In this document: positions 49,806 to 60,761 of the stretch, one piece after another
Position numbering within the stretch: position 1 is the stretch's first letter
Layout of the letters: each line of letters begins with the position of its first letter
DNA from: a bacterium
Lineage (GTDB): Bacteria; Sysuimicrobiota; Sysuimicrobiia; Sysuimicrobiales; Segetimicrobiaceae
DNA length: 64,000 nt
NCBI GenBank assembly: GCA_035307565.1
Contig: DATGHZ010000040.1
Location: 14,201 to 78,200 of the forward strand
Reading direction: 5' to 3'
Translations under genes and position numbers: made by a program
Notes under the pieces: model-generated
The model's database searches: none
Seen by the model: only the letters and a program-made list of their open reading frames with translations
What the model was told of the DNA's origin: nothing

Positions 49806-50907
49806 CGCCGTTCTCGCCCGTGCGGGCCGCCGGCGCCTGGTCGATCACGGCGCCGCCGATTACCACGTCGCCGTCGTAGAACGCGATGGCTTGGCCCGGC
49901 GCGGCCGCCCGGACCGGCTCCGCGAACCGGACCCGCACCCGCCCGCCGTCCTGCGGCGTCAGCGTTGCCGGAACGTCGGCGCCGCCGTGACGGATGCGCG
50001 CCGTCACGCGACGCTCCTCCCGCAGCTCATCGATCGCGATCCAATTGGCGTCCGCGGCGGTGAGCTCCTGGCAGCACAGCGCGTCCGGGCCGCCGATCTG
50101 AACGGCATTGCGCGGCGCGTCGATCGCGACCACGTACCGCGCGCGGCCGGCACCGCCGGCGCCGAGGCCGCGCCGCTGGCCGACGGTGTACCGTGCGAGG
50201 CCGCGGTGCTCGCCCACCTGCCGGCCGGCGCCGTCGTAGATGGGGCCCGGGCGCGCCGCGTGCGGCGCGTAGCGCGCCACCACGGCGCTGTGGTCGCCGT
50301 GCGGCACGAAACAGATCTCCTGGCTGTCCGGCTTGTCGGCCACGCGAAGCTCGAGCCGGCGAGCGATCGCGCGGATCTCCGGCTTCGTGTGCGCGCCGAC
50401 CGGAAACAGCGTCCGTGCTAGCTGCTCCGGACGCACCCCGGCGAGCACGTACGACTGGTCCTTGCGGCGGTCGGCCGCGCGCAGGAGACGCACCGCGCCG
50501 TCCGCGCCGTGCTCGATGCGCGCGTAGTGGCCGGTCGCCAGATAGTCCATGCCGAGGGCCCGGACGCGGCCCAGCAGAAGGGCGAATTTGATGGCGCGGT
50601 TGCAGGCGATGCAGGGGTTGGGCGTGCGCCCCCGCGCGTATTCATCGGCGAAGTTCTGGATCACGGCGCGCTCGAACGCGTCGCGGAGGTTCAGCACGTA
50701 GTGCGGGATGCTGAGCGTGCGCGCCACGGCGCGCGCGTCGTCGACCGCGCCGAGCCCACAGCATCCGGGACCGTCGTCCGCGGGCGGCACCCAGTCCGGC
50801 CACAGGTTCATGGTGAACCCCGCGACCTGATGGCCGCGCTCGACGAGCAGCGCCGCCGCCACCGCGCTGTCGACGCCGCCGCTCATCGCCACCGCCACCC
50901 GGACCAT
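49795..50907 (-). CDS. mnmA: tRNA-specific 2-thiouridylase (s2U34)
   Basis: PP-loop VAMSGGVDSAV, NPCIACN. Full length. Confidence 0.9.
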   Translation of the reverse strand: MVRVAVAMSGGVDSAVAAALLVERGHQVAGFTMNLWPDWVPPADDGPGCCGLGAVDDARAVARTLSIPHYVLNLRDAFERAVIQNFADEYARGRTPNPCIACNRAIKFALLLGRVRALGMDYLATGHYARIEHGADGAVRLLRAADRRKDQSYVLAGVRPEQLARTLFPVGAHTKPEIRAIARRLELRVADKPDSQEICFVPHGDHSAVVARYAPHAARPGPIYDGAGRQVGEHRGLARYTVGQRRGLGAGGAGRARYVVAIDAPRNAVQIGGPDALCCQELTAADANWIAIDELREERRVTARIRHGGADVPATLTPQDGGRVRVRFAEPVRAAAPGQAIAFYDGDVVIGGAVIDQAPAARTGENGDGH

Positions 50908-50914
50908 GCCGACG

Positions 50915-52252
50915 CTACTCCCCCCCGTACCGCTTCAGGCCGGCCCACCAAGTCCGGAGGCGGCCCCGGATCGCCCGCTCCGCCCCGGCCTCGGTCGGCT
51001 CGTAGTAGATGCGGTCTTTGATGTTGTCGGGCGCGTACTGCTGCGGGACGAAGGCGCCGGGGTGATCGTGGGGATACTCGTACCCTTCGCCGTGGCCGAG
51101 CCGCCGCGCCCCCGACGCCGCGGCGCTGCGCAGCGCCTTCGGGACCGGCCGCGCTTCCTCGCGCTCGACGTCCTGCGCGGCGGCGGAGATGGCGCGGATC
51201 ACCGCGTTGCTCTTGGGCGCCGTCGCGATGTAGATCGCGGCCTCCGTCATCGGGATGCGCGCCTCCGGCAGCCCGACCAGCTCCACGGCCTGCGCCGCCG
51301 CGACCGCCACGACGAGCGCCTGCGGATCCGCGAGGCCGACGTCCTCCGCCGCGTGCACGATCATGCGGCGCGCGATGAACCGCGGATCCTCGCCGCCCGC
51401 GAGCATCCGGGCCAGCCAGTAGACCGCCGCGTCGGGATCGCCGCCGCGGAGGCTCTTGATGAAGGCGGAGATGACGTCGTAGTGCTGGTCGCCGGCGCGA
51501 TCGTAGGGCACCAGGCGGCGCTGCACGGCCTCTTCGGCCTCCGCCGCCGTGACGCGCCGCATGCCCGAGGGGTCCGGGGCGGCCGCCATCGCCGCCAGCT
51601 CCAGCATGTTGAGGGCCGCGCGCGCGTCGCCGTTCGCGGCGCGGGCGAGGTGCGCGATCGCGTCGGCCGACGCCTCGACGCGCCGCGGCGCGAGCCCGCG
51701 CGGGTCCGCGAGCGCGCGGCGGAGGATCGTCTCGAGATCCGGGAGCGAGAGCGGCTCGAGCGCGAACACACGGGACCGGGAGACCAGCGTCGGCGTCACA
51801 TCGACGAACGGATTACCCGTGGTCGCGCCGATCAAGATGACGGTCCCGTCCTCCACGTGGGGAAGCAGCACGTCCTGCTGGGCTTTGTTGAACCGGTGGA
51901 TCTCGTCGACGAACAGGATCGTGCGGGTATTGTGCAGGACCCGGCGCTCGCGCGCTTCCTCCACGAGACGCCGGATGTCCGCGACGCCCGCCGCGACCGC
52001 GTTCACCGGCTCGAAATGCGCCCGCGTGGCGGCGACGACGACGCGCGCCAGCGACGTCTTCCCGGTTCCCGGCGGCCCGTAGAGGATCGCCGACGTCAGG
52101 GTATCGGTCTCGATGGCACGGCGCAGCAGCCGGCCCGGCCCGAGGAGGTGCGGCTGCCCGACGATCTCCTCAAGTGTCCGGGGCCGCATCCGTGCCGCGA
52201 GGGGGGCGTCGCGCGCGATGTCCTCGCGCCGGCTCTGCTCGAACAGCTCCAT
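50915..52252 (-). CDS. rarA: replication-associated recombination protein A (AAA+)
   Basis: MRPRTLEEIVGQPHLLG, Walker A GPPGTGKTS, FVDEIHRFNKAQQD. ATG 52252 chosen. Confidence 0.9.
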   Translation of the reverse strand: MELFEQSRREDIARDAPLAARMRPRTLEEIVGQPHLLGPGRLLRRAIETDTLTSAILYGPPGTGKTSLARVVVAATRAHFEPVNAVAAGVADIRRLVEEARERRVLHNTRTILFVDEIHRFNKAQQDVLLPHVEDGTVILIGATTGNPFVDVTPTLVSRSRVFALEPLSLPDLETILRRALADPRGLAPRRVEASADAIAHLARAANGDARAALNMLELAAMAAAPDPSGMRRVTAAEAEEAVQRRLVPYDRAGDQHYDVISAFIKSLRGGDPDAAVYWLARMLAGGEDPRFIARRMIVHAAEDVGLADPQALVVAVAAAQAVELVGLPEARIPMTEAAIYIATAPKSNAVIRAISAAAQDVEREEARPVPKALRSAAASGARRLGHGEGYEYPHDHPGAFVPQQYAPDNIKDRIYYEPTEAGAERAIRGRLRTWWAGLKRYGGE

Positions 52253-52258
52253 ACGGAC

Positions 52259-52287
52259 ATCATGCGGCCGACGTGCAAATGTGTCAA
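52259..52287 (-). promoter_or_regulatory. putative promoter giving a leaderless rarA mRNA
   Basis: Minus strand: TTGACA-N17-CATGAT-GTCCGT-ATG. No Shine-Dalgarno sequence. Confidence 0.35.
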
Positions 52288-52314
52288 GAAAACCGGCGCG
52301 GCGCGCGGCCGCTC

Positions 52315-53616
52315 TTACGGGTAGACGCCCCGTTCGTCCAGCGCCGCGGCGACCCGCCCGACCGCGACCAGCAGCGCCGCGGTGCGCAGCGACACGTGCT
52401 CGGAGGCCGCCACCGCGGCCACCCGCGCCACGCCCTCCACGAGGATGCGTTCCAGGTGCGCGTTGATCTCCGCCTCGCTCCAGAAATACGCCTGCAGATC
52501 CTGCACCCACTCGAAGTAGGAGACGATCACCCCGCCGGCGTTGGCCAGGATGTCCGGCACGACAAGGATGTCGCGGCCCTCCAAAATCGCGTCGGCGTCG
52601 GGCGTCGTTGGTCCGTTGGCGCCCTCGACGATGATCCGCGCGTTGATGCGCGGGGCGTTGCGGGCGGTGATCTGGCCTTCGATCGCGGCGGGGACGAGAA
52701 AGTCGCAGGGCAGTTCAAGCAGTTCCGCGTTCGTCACCGCCTCGCCGCCCGGGAACCCGTCGACGCGGCGCGTGGCGCCGACGTGGCGGCGGAGCGCCTC
52801 GAGGTCCAGTCCGCCGGGATTGTACACGCCGCCCCAGGCGTCGCTGATGCCGACGACGCGGCACCCTTCCGCGGCCATCAGCGCCGCGGCCGTGCCGCCC
52901 ACGTTGCCGAACCCCTGCACGACGACGCGGCCGCCGGCGAACGGCACGCCGTGCATCTTCGCGGCCTCGCGCGCCGCGATCATGACCCCGCGGCCGGTCG
53001 CATCCTGGCGGCCGGCGGACCCGCCGATGGCAATCGGCTTGCCGGTCACGACCGACGGCACCGAGTACCCGGCGTGCATGCTGTAGGTATCCATGAACCA
53101 GGCCATCACCTGGCTGTTCGTCCCGACGTCGGGGGCGGGAATGTCGACGTGCTCGCCGATCATCGGCCGGAGTTCGGTCGCGAACCGGCGCGTGAGCCGC
53201 TCAAGCTCCGAGGCGGACAGCGCGAGCGGATCGCACGCGACGCCGCCTTTCGCGCCGCCGTACGGCAGGTGCGCGAGCGCGCACTTCCAGGTCATCCACA
53301 TCGCGAGGGCGCGCACTTCATTGATCTCGACCTGTGGACTGAACCGGAGGCCGCCTTTCGTGGGACCGAGCGCCGTGCTGTGGAGTACCCGGTAGCCGGC
53401 GAAGACGCTGATACCGCCGTCATCCATGCGCACCGGAAAGTGCACCGCGAATTCACGCTCCGGATGCGCGAGCACGTCGCGATGGGCGGGCGGAAGGCAC
53501 AGGCGATCCGCCGCGACGGCGAACTGGCGCAGCGCCATCGTCCACGGATTTTCGTGGCCGGGCGCGGGCGGGGCCTCGGCGGCGCTCTTGGTCGGATGAG
53601 GAGACCGGCTGTTCAT
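52315..53616 (-). CDS. gdh: glutamate dehydrogenase (Glu/Leu/Phe/Val dehydrogenase family)
   Basis: GPTKGGLRF, MTWKCALAHLPYGGAKGG, GFGNVG motifs. ATG 53616 (the track begins one codon earlier at TTG). Confidence 0.9.
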   Translation of the reverse strand: MNSRSPHPTKSAAEAPPAPGHENPWTMALRQFAVAADRLCLPPAHRDVLAHPEREFAVHFPVRMDDGGISVFAGYRVLHSTALGPTKGGLRFSPQVEINEVRALAMWMTWKCALAHLPYGGAKGGVACDPLALSASELERLTRRFATELRPMIGEHVDIPAPDVGTNSQVMAWFMDTYSMHAGYSVPSVVTGKPIAIGGSAGRQDATGRGVMIAAREAAKMHGVPFAGGRVVVQGFGNVGGTAAALMAAEGCRVVGISDAWGGVYNPGGLDLEALRRHVGATRRVDGFPGGEAVTNAELLELPCDFLVPAAIEGQITARNAPRINARIIVEGANGPTTPDADAILEGRDILVVPDILANAGGVIVSYFEWVQDLQAYFWSEAEINAHLERILVEGVARVAAVAASEHVSLRTAALLVAVGRVAAALDERGVYP

Positions 53617-53651
53617 CAATCGGCGAGGGACAATCCGGTAAACACGCGCGT

Positions 53652-53835
53652 GGCTCCTGCGATACCGCCGGCCGCGGTCCCCGAACCTGTTCTCAACAGG
53701 TGGGTGCCCTCCCGAGCGGATCCGGCTAGCCCCCCGAGCCGAGTGGTCGGGGCCATGTCGTCACCGTCCGGAGGCGGGCTCCCTACGTCTTACTGTTGGT
53801 CGGGACCACTATGCCTAGCGCGCACCACAGGAGCC
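53652..53835 (-). ncRNA. ssrS: candidate 6S RNA (about 184 nt rod-like structured RNA)
   Basis: 5' GGCUCCUG pairs perfectly with 3' CAGGAGCC. Further helices are GGUCCCGA/UCGGGGACC, GGGAGCCC/GGGCACCC and apical GGCCCCGA/UCGGGGGGCU. The 3' side of the centre carries the hairpin CCUGUU-GAG-AACAGG. It has its own promoter and lies directly downstream of aspS, like B. subtilis bsrA (6S-1). The alternative reading is a gdh 5' leader. Confidence 0.5.
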
Positions 53836-53841
53836 AATTCG

Positions 53842-53872
53842 ATGATAGCATCGCGTGACGCGACGCTGTCAA
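53842..53872 (-). promoter_or_regulatory. putative sigma-70 promoter of the 6S-like RNA
   Basis: Minus strand: TTGACA (53872-53867), 19-nt spacer, extended -10 TGcTATCAT (-10 hexamer at 53847-53842). The 5' G of the closing helix is 7 nt downstream. The spacer is longer than optimal. Confidence 0.45.
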
Positions 53873-53929
53873 GAGCCTATTCCGGTGTAGCCGGATCTAT
53901 CTGAACCTGTGCCGAGACGCCGCGCCGGG

Positions 53930-55731
<1,802 letters not shown>

Positions 55732-55735
<4 letters not shown>

Positions 55736-57012
55736 CGCGCGGCCCCCGCCGCGTGCGAACGGATCTTCGCGGCGACCTCGTCGACCACGCGCGCAAGCGG
55801 CACTTCCTCCTGCGCGCCGCCCGCCATCTCGCGCAGGATCGCGACGCCGCGGGCCACCTCGTCCTCGCCGAGCAGGAGCACCCACGCGGCGCCGGCCCGA
55901 TCCGCCTGCCGCATCTGATTGCGCAGTGCGCGGCCCATCACATCCGCCATCACCGTGAGCCCGCCCGCGCGCAGGCGGTCCGCGACCGCGAGCGCGTGGG
56001 CCGACCCGGTGCCGGCGGTGGCGACGAAGAGGTCGACCCGGCCGTCCGCGGGCGCCGCGGCCCCCGCGTCTGCCATCACCAGCAACAGCCGTTCGATGCC
56101 CATGCCGAATCCGACGCCCGGCGTCGGCGGGCCGCCCATTTGCTCGGCGAGCCCGTCGTAGCGGCCGCCGCCGAACACGACGTTCTGCGCGCCGAGGACG
56201 CCCGAGACCGCTTCAAAGGCGGTGCGGATGTAATAGTTGAGCCCGCGGACGATGAGCGGATCCACGGTGTACGCGATTCCCATCGCGTCAAGGTGCGCTC
56301 GCGCGCCGTCGAAATGCGCGCGGCACGGCCCGCACAAGTGATCCAGGATGCGCGGCGCGTTCGCCGCCAGCGCCCGGTCGTGCTCGCGCTTGCAGTCGAG
56401 CAGGCGCATCGGCGCGGTCTCGAACCTGCGGCGGCAGTCCTCGCACAGTTCGGCGAGGTGCGGCGCGTAAAAGGCGCGCAGCATGTCTTCGTAGCCCGGC
56501 CGGCACACACCGTCGCCGACGCTGGACAAGCGCACATCGAGGCCGCGCAGACCGGCGGCCTCTGCGACCCGCACGGCGAGGCTCAGCACCTCGGCGTCCG
56601 CGGCCGGTTCGGGGCTGCCGATCACCTCCGCGCCGAACTGCGTGTGCTGCCGGTAGCGGCCGGCCTGCGGACGGTCGTAGCGAAAGATCGGGCAGATGTA
56701 GTACACGCGGACCGGCGGAGACGCCGTGAGATTGTGTTCCAGCACCGCGCGCATGACGGGCGCCGTTCCCTCGGCGCGGAGCGTCACGCTGCGGCCCCCG
56801 CGGTCCGTGAAGGTATACATCTCCTTATCCACGATGTCCGTCCCGGCGCCCACACCGCGCTGAAACACCTCGGTGTGCTCGAGGATCGGCGTGCGGATCT
56901 CCCGATATCCGTAGCGGCCGGCGACCCCGCGCATCAGACCCTCCACCCACTGCCACCGGACCGTCTCATCCGGCAGGACGTCCTGCATACCGCGGGGCGC
57001 TCTAAGCTCCAT
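55732..57012 (-). CDS. hisS: histidine--tRNA ligase
   Basis: PRGMQDVLPDE, FRYDRPQAGRYRQHTQFG, GGGRYDGL motifs. ATG 57012. Confidence 0.95.
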
Positions 57013-57727
57013 GCGACGCTCCGACTCGCCGGGACCTGCGCGCGGACCGCTCCGTCCGGCCGACGCGACCGCGACGCGCCTCGTCCGCCTGCCGCGGGAT
57101 CGGGCCGCCCGTGGTGCGGGCCATCCATGCCGATCCGACGCCCCCCCCGATGGCCACCGCAGCAAAGAACCCGTTCGCCTCGGGGCGATCGAGGACGTAA
57201 CTGAGGGCCACCATAGTGTGGCGCGCGCCGATCCAGCCCGCCGCCGCCGCGACCGCCGCGATCGGCACGGCCGCCCGGCGAACGTAGGGCAGCCGCAGCA
57301 GGCGGCCCGCCACCAGCAGCCAGCCGGCGACAATCGCACCGGCGAAGCCGATGATGAGCGCCTCGCTCGCCGTCCGTCCGAGCCACGCCTGGGCCGCGTG
57401 CGGAAGTTGCCGGACCCCCACCAGGAGCGCCGCCCCGAACACCGCGAGTGCGACGAGGGACCCGGCTAGCGCGCCCGCGGCGGCCGTCCATGCGGGGCGG
57501 CGGCGGTCCCCCAGCATCGCAACGGCGAAACCCTGCACCACGATCGGCGCGAGCAGCAGCGCCGGAATCAATCCCCAGGTGACCGCGTCCCGGGAGCCGC
57601 GCGGGAACGCGTCCAGGATCGCGCGCAGGACACCTACGCGCGCCGCGGCGGCCAGCGCCCACACCGCCGTTCCGCCGACGGCCACCCCCGCGCCGAAGAG
57701 TTCCCACCTCGCCGGTGTGCCGTTCAT
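57002..57727 (-). CDS. hypothetical multi-pass membrane protein
   Basis: About six hydrophobic segments rich in Ala/Gly/Val, basic C-terminal tail. ATGA overlap with the dtd stop; overlaps the hisS start by 11 nt. No family recognised. Confidence 0.5.
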   Translation of the reverse strand: MNGTPARWELFGAGVAVGGTAVWALAAAARVGVLRAILDAFPRGSRDAVTWGLIPALLLAPIVVQGFAVAMLGDRRRPAWTAAAGALAGSLVALAVFGAALLVGVRQLPHAAQAWLGRTASEALIIGFAGAIVAGWLLVAGRLLRLPYVRRAAVPIAAVAAAAGWIGARHTMVALSYVLDRPEANGFFAAVAIGGGVGSAWMARTTGGPIPRQADEARRGRVGRTERSARRSRRVGASHGA

Positions 57728-58230
57728 CGTGACGCGCCCGGCGGCCCGCTCCGGACGGGACGTTCCGTCTCCAGCATGACCGTCACCGGGCCATCGTTGT
57801 GAATCTCCACGATCATGTGCGTGCGAAACCGCCCCGGCACGACCGGCACGCCGGACGCGGCGAGCGTCTCGTTGAACAGCCGGTAGAGCGGCTCCGCTTG
57901 TTCCGGCGGCGCCGCCTCGACGAAACTGGGACGCCGGCCGCCCGCCGTGTCGGCGTACAGGGTGAACTGCGGAATGCTCAACACCTCACCGCCCACATCG
58001 GTCACCGAGCGGTTGAGCCGCCCGGCCGCGTCGCCGAACACCCGCAGCGTCGCGACGCGCCCGGCAAGCGACCGCGCGTCGGCGGGCGTATCCGTTCGGC
58101 TCACGCCGAGGAGAACGGCAAAGCCGCGGCCGATCTGCCCCGCGGGGGTGCCGGGCGGACCGCCGGCCGCCTCGTCGTCCTCGACGACGTAGACGGCGGC
58201 CCGCCGCACCCGCTGTACCAGGGCCCGCAA
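57724..58230 (-). CDS. dtd: D-aminoacyl-tRNA deacylase
   Basis: MRALVQRV...LLGV..DT, SQFTLYAD-like IPQFTLYAD, NDGPVT motifs. Confidence 0.9.
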   Translation of the reverse strand: MRALVQRVRRAAVYVVEDDEAAGGPPGTPAGQIGRGFAVLLGVSRTDTPADARSLAGRVATLRVFGDAAGRLNRSVTDVGGEVLSIPQFTLYADTAGGRRPSFVEAAPPEQAEPLYRLFNETLAASGVPVVPGRFRTHMIVEIHNDGPVTVMLETERPVRSGPPGASR

Positions 58231-58240
58231 CGTGCGAGAC

Positions 58241-59461
58241 CTACGCGAGATGCCGGCGCAGCGCGGCGACCGTGCGCTCGAAGTCCTCGGCCGTATTATA
58301 GAAGTACGGAGACAGACGAATCACGCCCGGCCGGGCGTCGACGATGACGCCGTGCTCCCGCAGCCCGGCGACGGCAGCGGCGGGGTCGGCGACCGGAACC
58401 GTGAGAATACCCGCGAGGTCTTGGACCCGGCCCCGCATCCGCGGACGAAGCGCCCGGATCTCGGCCAGCCCCGCCGCCAAGTCCGTCAGCAGCTCGATCT
58501 GGCGGGCGCGGAGACGAGCGGGACCGATTTCGTGTACGTACTCGAGGCCGGCCCGGGCCGCGTAGATCGCCGCGACGGACGGCGTCCCGCCTTGGAATCG
58601 CCGCGCGTCGTCCGCGTACTCGAAATGCCGGGTGTCGAACGCAAACTGGCGGCCGTGCGCGAACCAGCCGACGGCGGACGGGGCGAGCGCCGCATGGAGC
58701 TCGCGCCGGACGTACAGGTACGCGATCCCCGGTCCGCCGAGCAGCCACTTGAGCCCGCCGGCGACGAGGAAATCGACGCCGAGGGTCCGCACGTCCACCG
58801 GCACCTGTCCGACCGACTGGTACGCGTCGACGAGCAGCAGCGCGCCGCGGGCGTGCGTGAGCCGCGCGAGCGCCGTCACGTCCTGGATCTCGCCGCTTTG
58901 GAAGTAGACGTGCGACGCGACGACGAGCTGCGTCCGTTCATCGATGAGGCGCTCAAACGTCTCGACGGGAACGCCGAGCCCGTCGGGGCTCGGGGCATAG
59001 ACGACCTCGATGCCGCGCCGCGCCAGCCACTGGTACGGCACGGTGGGGAAGTCGATGTCCGACACGATGACGCGGGGCCGCGCCGCGTAGTCGAAGCACC
59101 CGGCCACCGCGGTCAGCGCCCCGGTGATCGACGGCGCGAGGGCGACCTCGCTACGGTCGGCGCCGATGACGGCGGCGAATGATCCGCGCAGCGCGTCGAG
59201 CTCCTCCCACCAGGGCCCGTACCAGGCGGACGCGCCCCACGCGTCCCACAAGTCCAGGAACCGGCCGACCGCGGCGCGCACCCGCGCCCCCAACGCCCCG
59301 AGCGAGCAGGTGTTGAGGTACGTGACGCGCTCGAAGATTGGAAACTCCGCGCGGTAGGCCGCCCAGGAGAGGGCCGGCCCCGGCGGCCGAAGGTCCGCCG
59401 GGGCCGGCCGTAGGTCCTCGTCAGGGGACGTCCGCGACAGTCCCTCCGGCGCGCCGCTCAT
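58241..59461 (-). CDS. class V-fold PLP enzyme, kynureninase-like
   Basis: YLNTCSLGAL, and PLP-lysine context GGLKWLLGGPGIAYLYV. That context matches the kynureninase K-[YW]-L-x-G-G-P-G spacing rather than the cysteine desulfurase HK-x-x-GP. Confidence 0.65.
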   Translation of the reverse strand: MSGAPEGLSRTSPDEDLRPAPADLRPPGPALSWAAYRAEFPIFERVTYLNTCSLGALGARVRAAVGRFLDLWDAWGASAWYGPWWEELDALRGSFAAVIGADRSEVALAPSITGALTAVAGCFDYAARPRVIVSDIDFPTVPYQWLARRGIEVVYAPSPDGLGVPVETFERLIDERTQLVVASHVYFQSGEIQDVTALARLTHARGALLLVDAYQSVGQVPVDVRTLGVDFLVAGGLKWLLGGPGIAYLYVRRELHAALAPSAVGWFAHGRQFAFDTRHFEYADDARRFQGGTPSVAAIYAARAGLEYVHEIGPARLRARQIELLTDLAAGLAEIRALRPRMRGRVQDLAGILTVPVADPAAAVAGLREHGVIVDARPGVIRLSPYFYNTAEDFERTVAALRRHLA

Positions 59462-60681
59462 GCCTCCCGCTCGCCGTCCGCGTGAGCGGTCGCGACTTTA
59501 CCCGCCGCGACGGCACCCCCGCGGGGACGAACCGCGGCAAGGCGACGCCGCACCTCGGCAAACGTCTCATCACGTTTCGGAAACGCGAAGCGCACGTACC
59601 GCCGGCCCGACGCCGGCTCGTGGAAGAACGAGAAGCCGGGCACCGGCGCCACGCCAACCTGCTCGATCAGGTACTTCGTGAACGCTTCGTCGCCCTCGAA
59701 GCCGAACGCGGAGATGTCGCACATGATGTAGTAGGCGCCGCCGGGGACAAGACACTCGAATCCGGCCTCCCGCAGGATCTCGAGCAGCGTGTCGCGCTTG
59801 CGTTGATACATCGCCGCGAGGTCCGCGTAGTACGGGCGCGGGAACCGCAGCGCCGTCACGGCCGCCTCCTGCAGCGGCGCGGCCGCGCCCACGGTGAGGA
59901 AGTCGTGGACTTTGCGGATGCCGTCCGCGAGTTGGGGCGGCGCGATCGTCCACCCCACCCGCCACCCCGTGACGCTGTAGCTCTTCGAAATGCTGTTCAC
60001 GATCACGGTGCGCTCGGCCATGCCCGGCAGCGCGGCCAGGCTGACGTGCCGGTGGCCGTCGTAGATGATGTGCTCGTACACTTCGTCCGTGAACGCGAGC
60101 AGGTCGTGGCGCTGGCACAGGGCGGCGATGCCCTCCAGTTCCTCGCGCGTGAAGACCTTGCCGGTGGGATTGTGCGGCGTGTTGAGGATGATCGCCTTGG
60201 TGTACGGCGTGATCGCCGCCTTGACGCGGTCCAGGTCGATCGGAAACCCTGGCTCCAGGCGGATCGGCACGAACTTCGGCACCGCCCCGGAGAGTTTCGC
60301 GTCCGGCCCGTAGTTCTCGTAGAACGGCTCGAAGACCACCACCTCGTCGCCGGGGTTGATGGTGGCGAGCATCGTCGCCATCATGGCCTCGGTGGCCCCG
60401 CACGTCACGGTGATGTGCCGGTCGGGGTCCACTTCCAGGCCGTTGAACCAGCGCACCTTTTCGGCGATCGCCTGGCGGAGGCGCGGGGCGCCCCACGTCA
60501 CCGCGTACTGGTTGTGGCCGTCCGCGAGCGCCTGCGACGCGGCCGCCAGGAGGTCCGGCGGCGCCGGAAAATCCGGGAAGCCCTGCGCCAGGTTGATCGC
60601 GCCGTGCTCCATCGCGAGCCGCGTCATCTCGCGGATCACGGACTCGGTGAAGACGCCGACGCGTGCGGCGGTCAGAATCAT
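59458..60681 (-). CDS. class I/II PLP aminotransferase (KAT/YbdL/MtnE-like)
   Basis: NLAQGFPDFPAP...NQYAVTWG, NTPHNPTG, SISKSYSVTGWRVG (PLP Lys). Confidence 0.85.
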   Translation of the reverse strand: MILTAARVGVFTESVIREMTRLAMEHGAINLAQGFPDFPAPPDLLAAASQALADGHNQYAVTWGAPRLRQAIAEKVRWFNGLEVDPDRHITVTCGATEAMMATMLATINPGDEVVVFEPFYENYGPDAKLSGAVPKFVPIRLEPGFPIDLDRVKAAITPYTKAIILNTPHNPTGKVFTREELEGIAALCQRHDLLAFTDEVYEHIIYDGHRHVSLAALPGMAERTVIVNSISKSYSVTGWRVGWTIAPPQLADGIRKVHDFLTVGAAAPLQEAAVTALRFPRPYYADLAAMYQRKRDTLLEILREAGFECLVPGGAYYIMCDISAFGFEGDEAFTKYLIEQVGVAPVPGFSFFHEPASGRRYVRFAFPKRDETFAEVRRRLAAVRPRGGAVAAGKVATAHADGEREA

Positions 60682-60761
60682 CTCAGTCCTCCCTGCCGGA
60701 AGATGTCCCAGGCCGTGGCGATCCGGTCAGCGTTCCACGCCGGGCGCCGGTCCCCTCCACC

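Noticed and set aside
57003-57340. T-box leader expected upstream of hisS-aspS
   Set aside because: There is no intergenic space, because the hisS ATG overlaps the preceding membrane-protein ORF. No AGGGTGGTACCGCG-like T-box sequence was seen on either strand.
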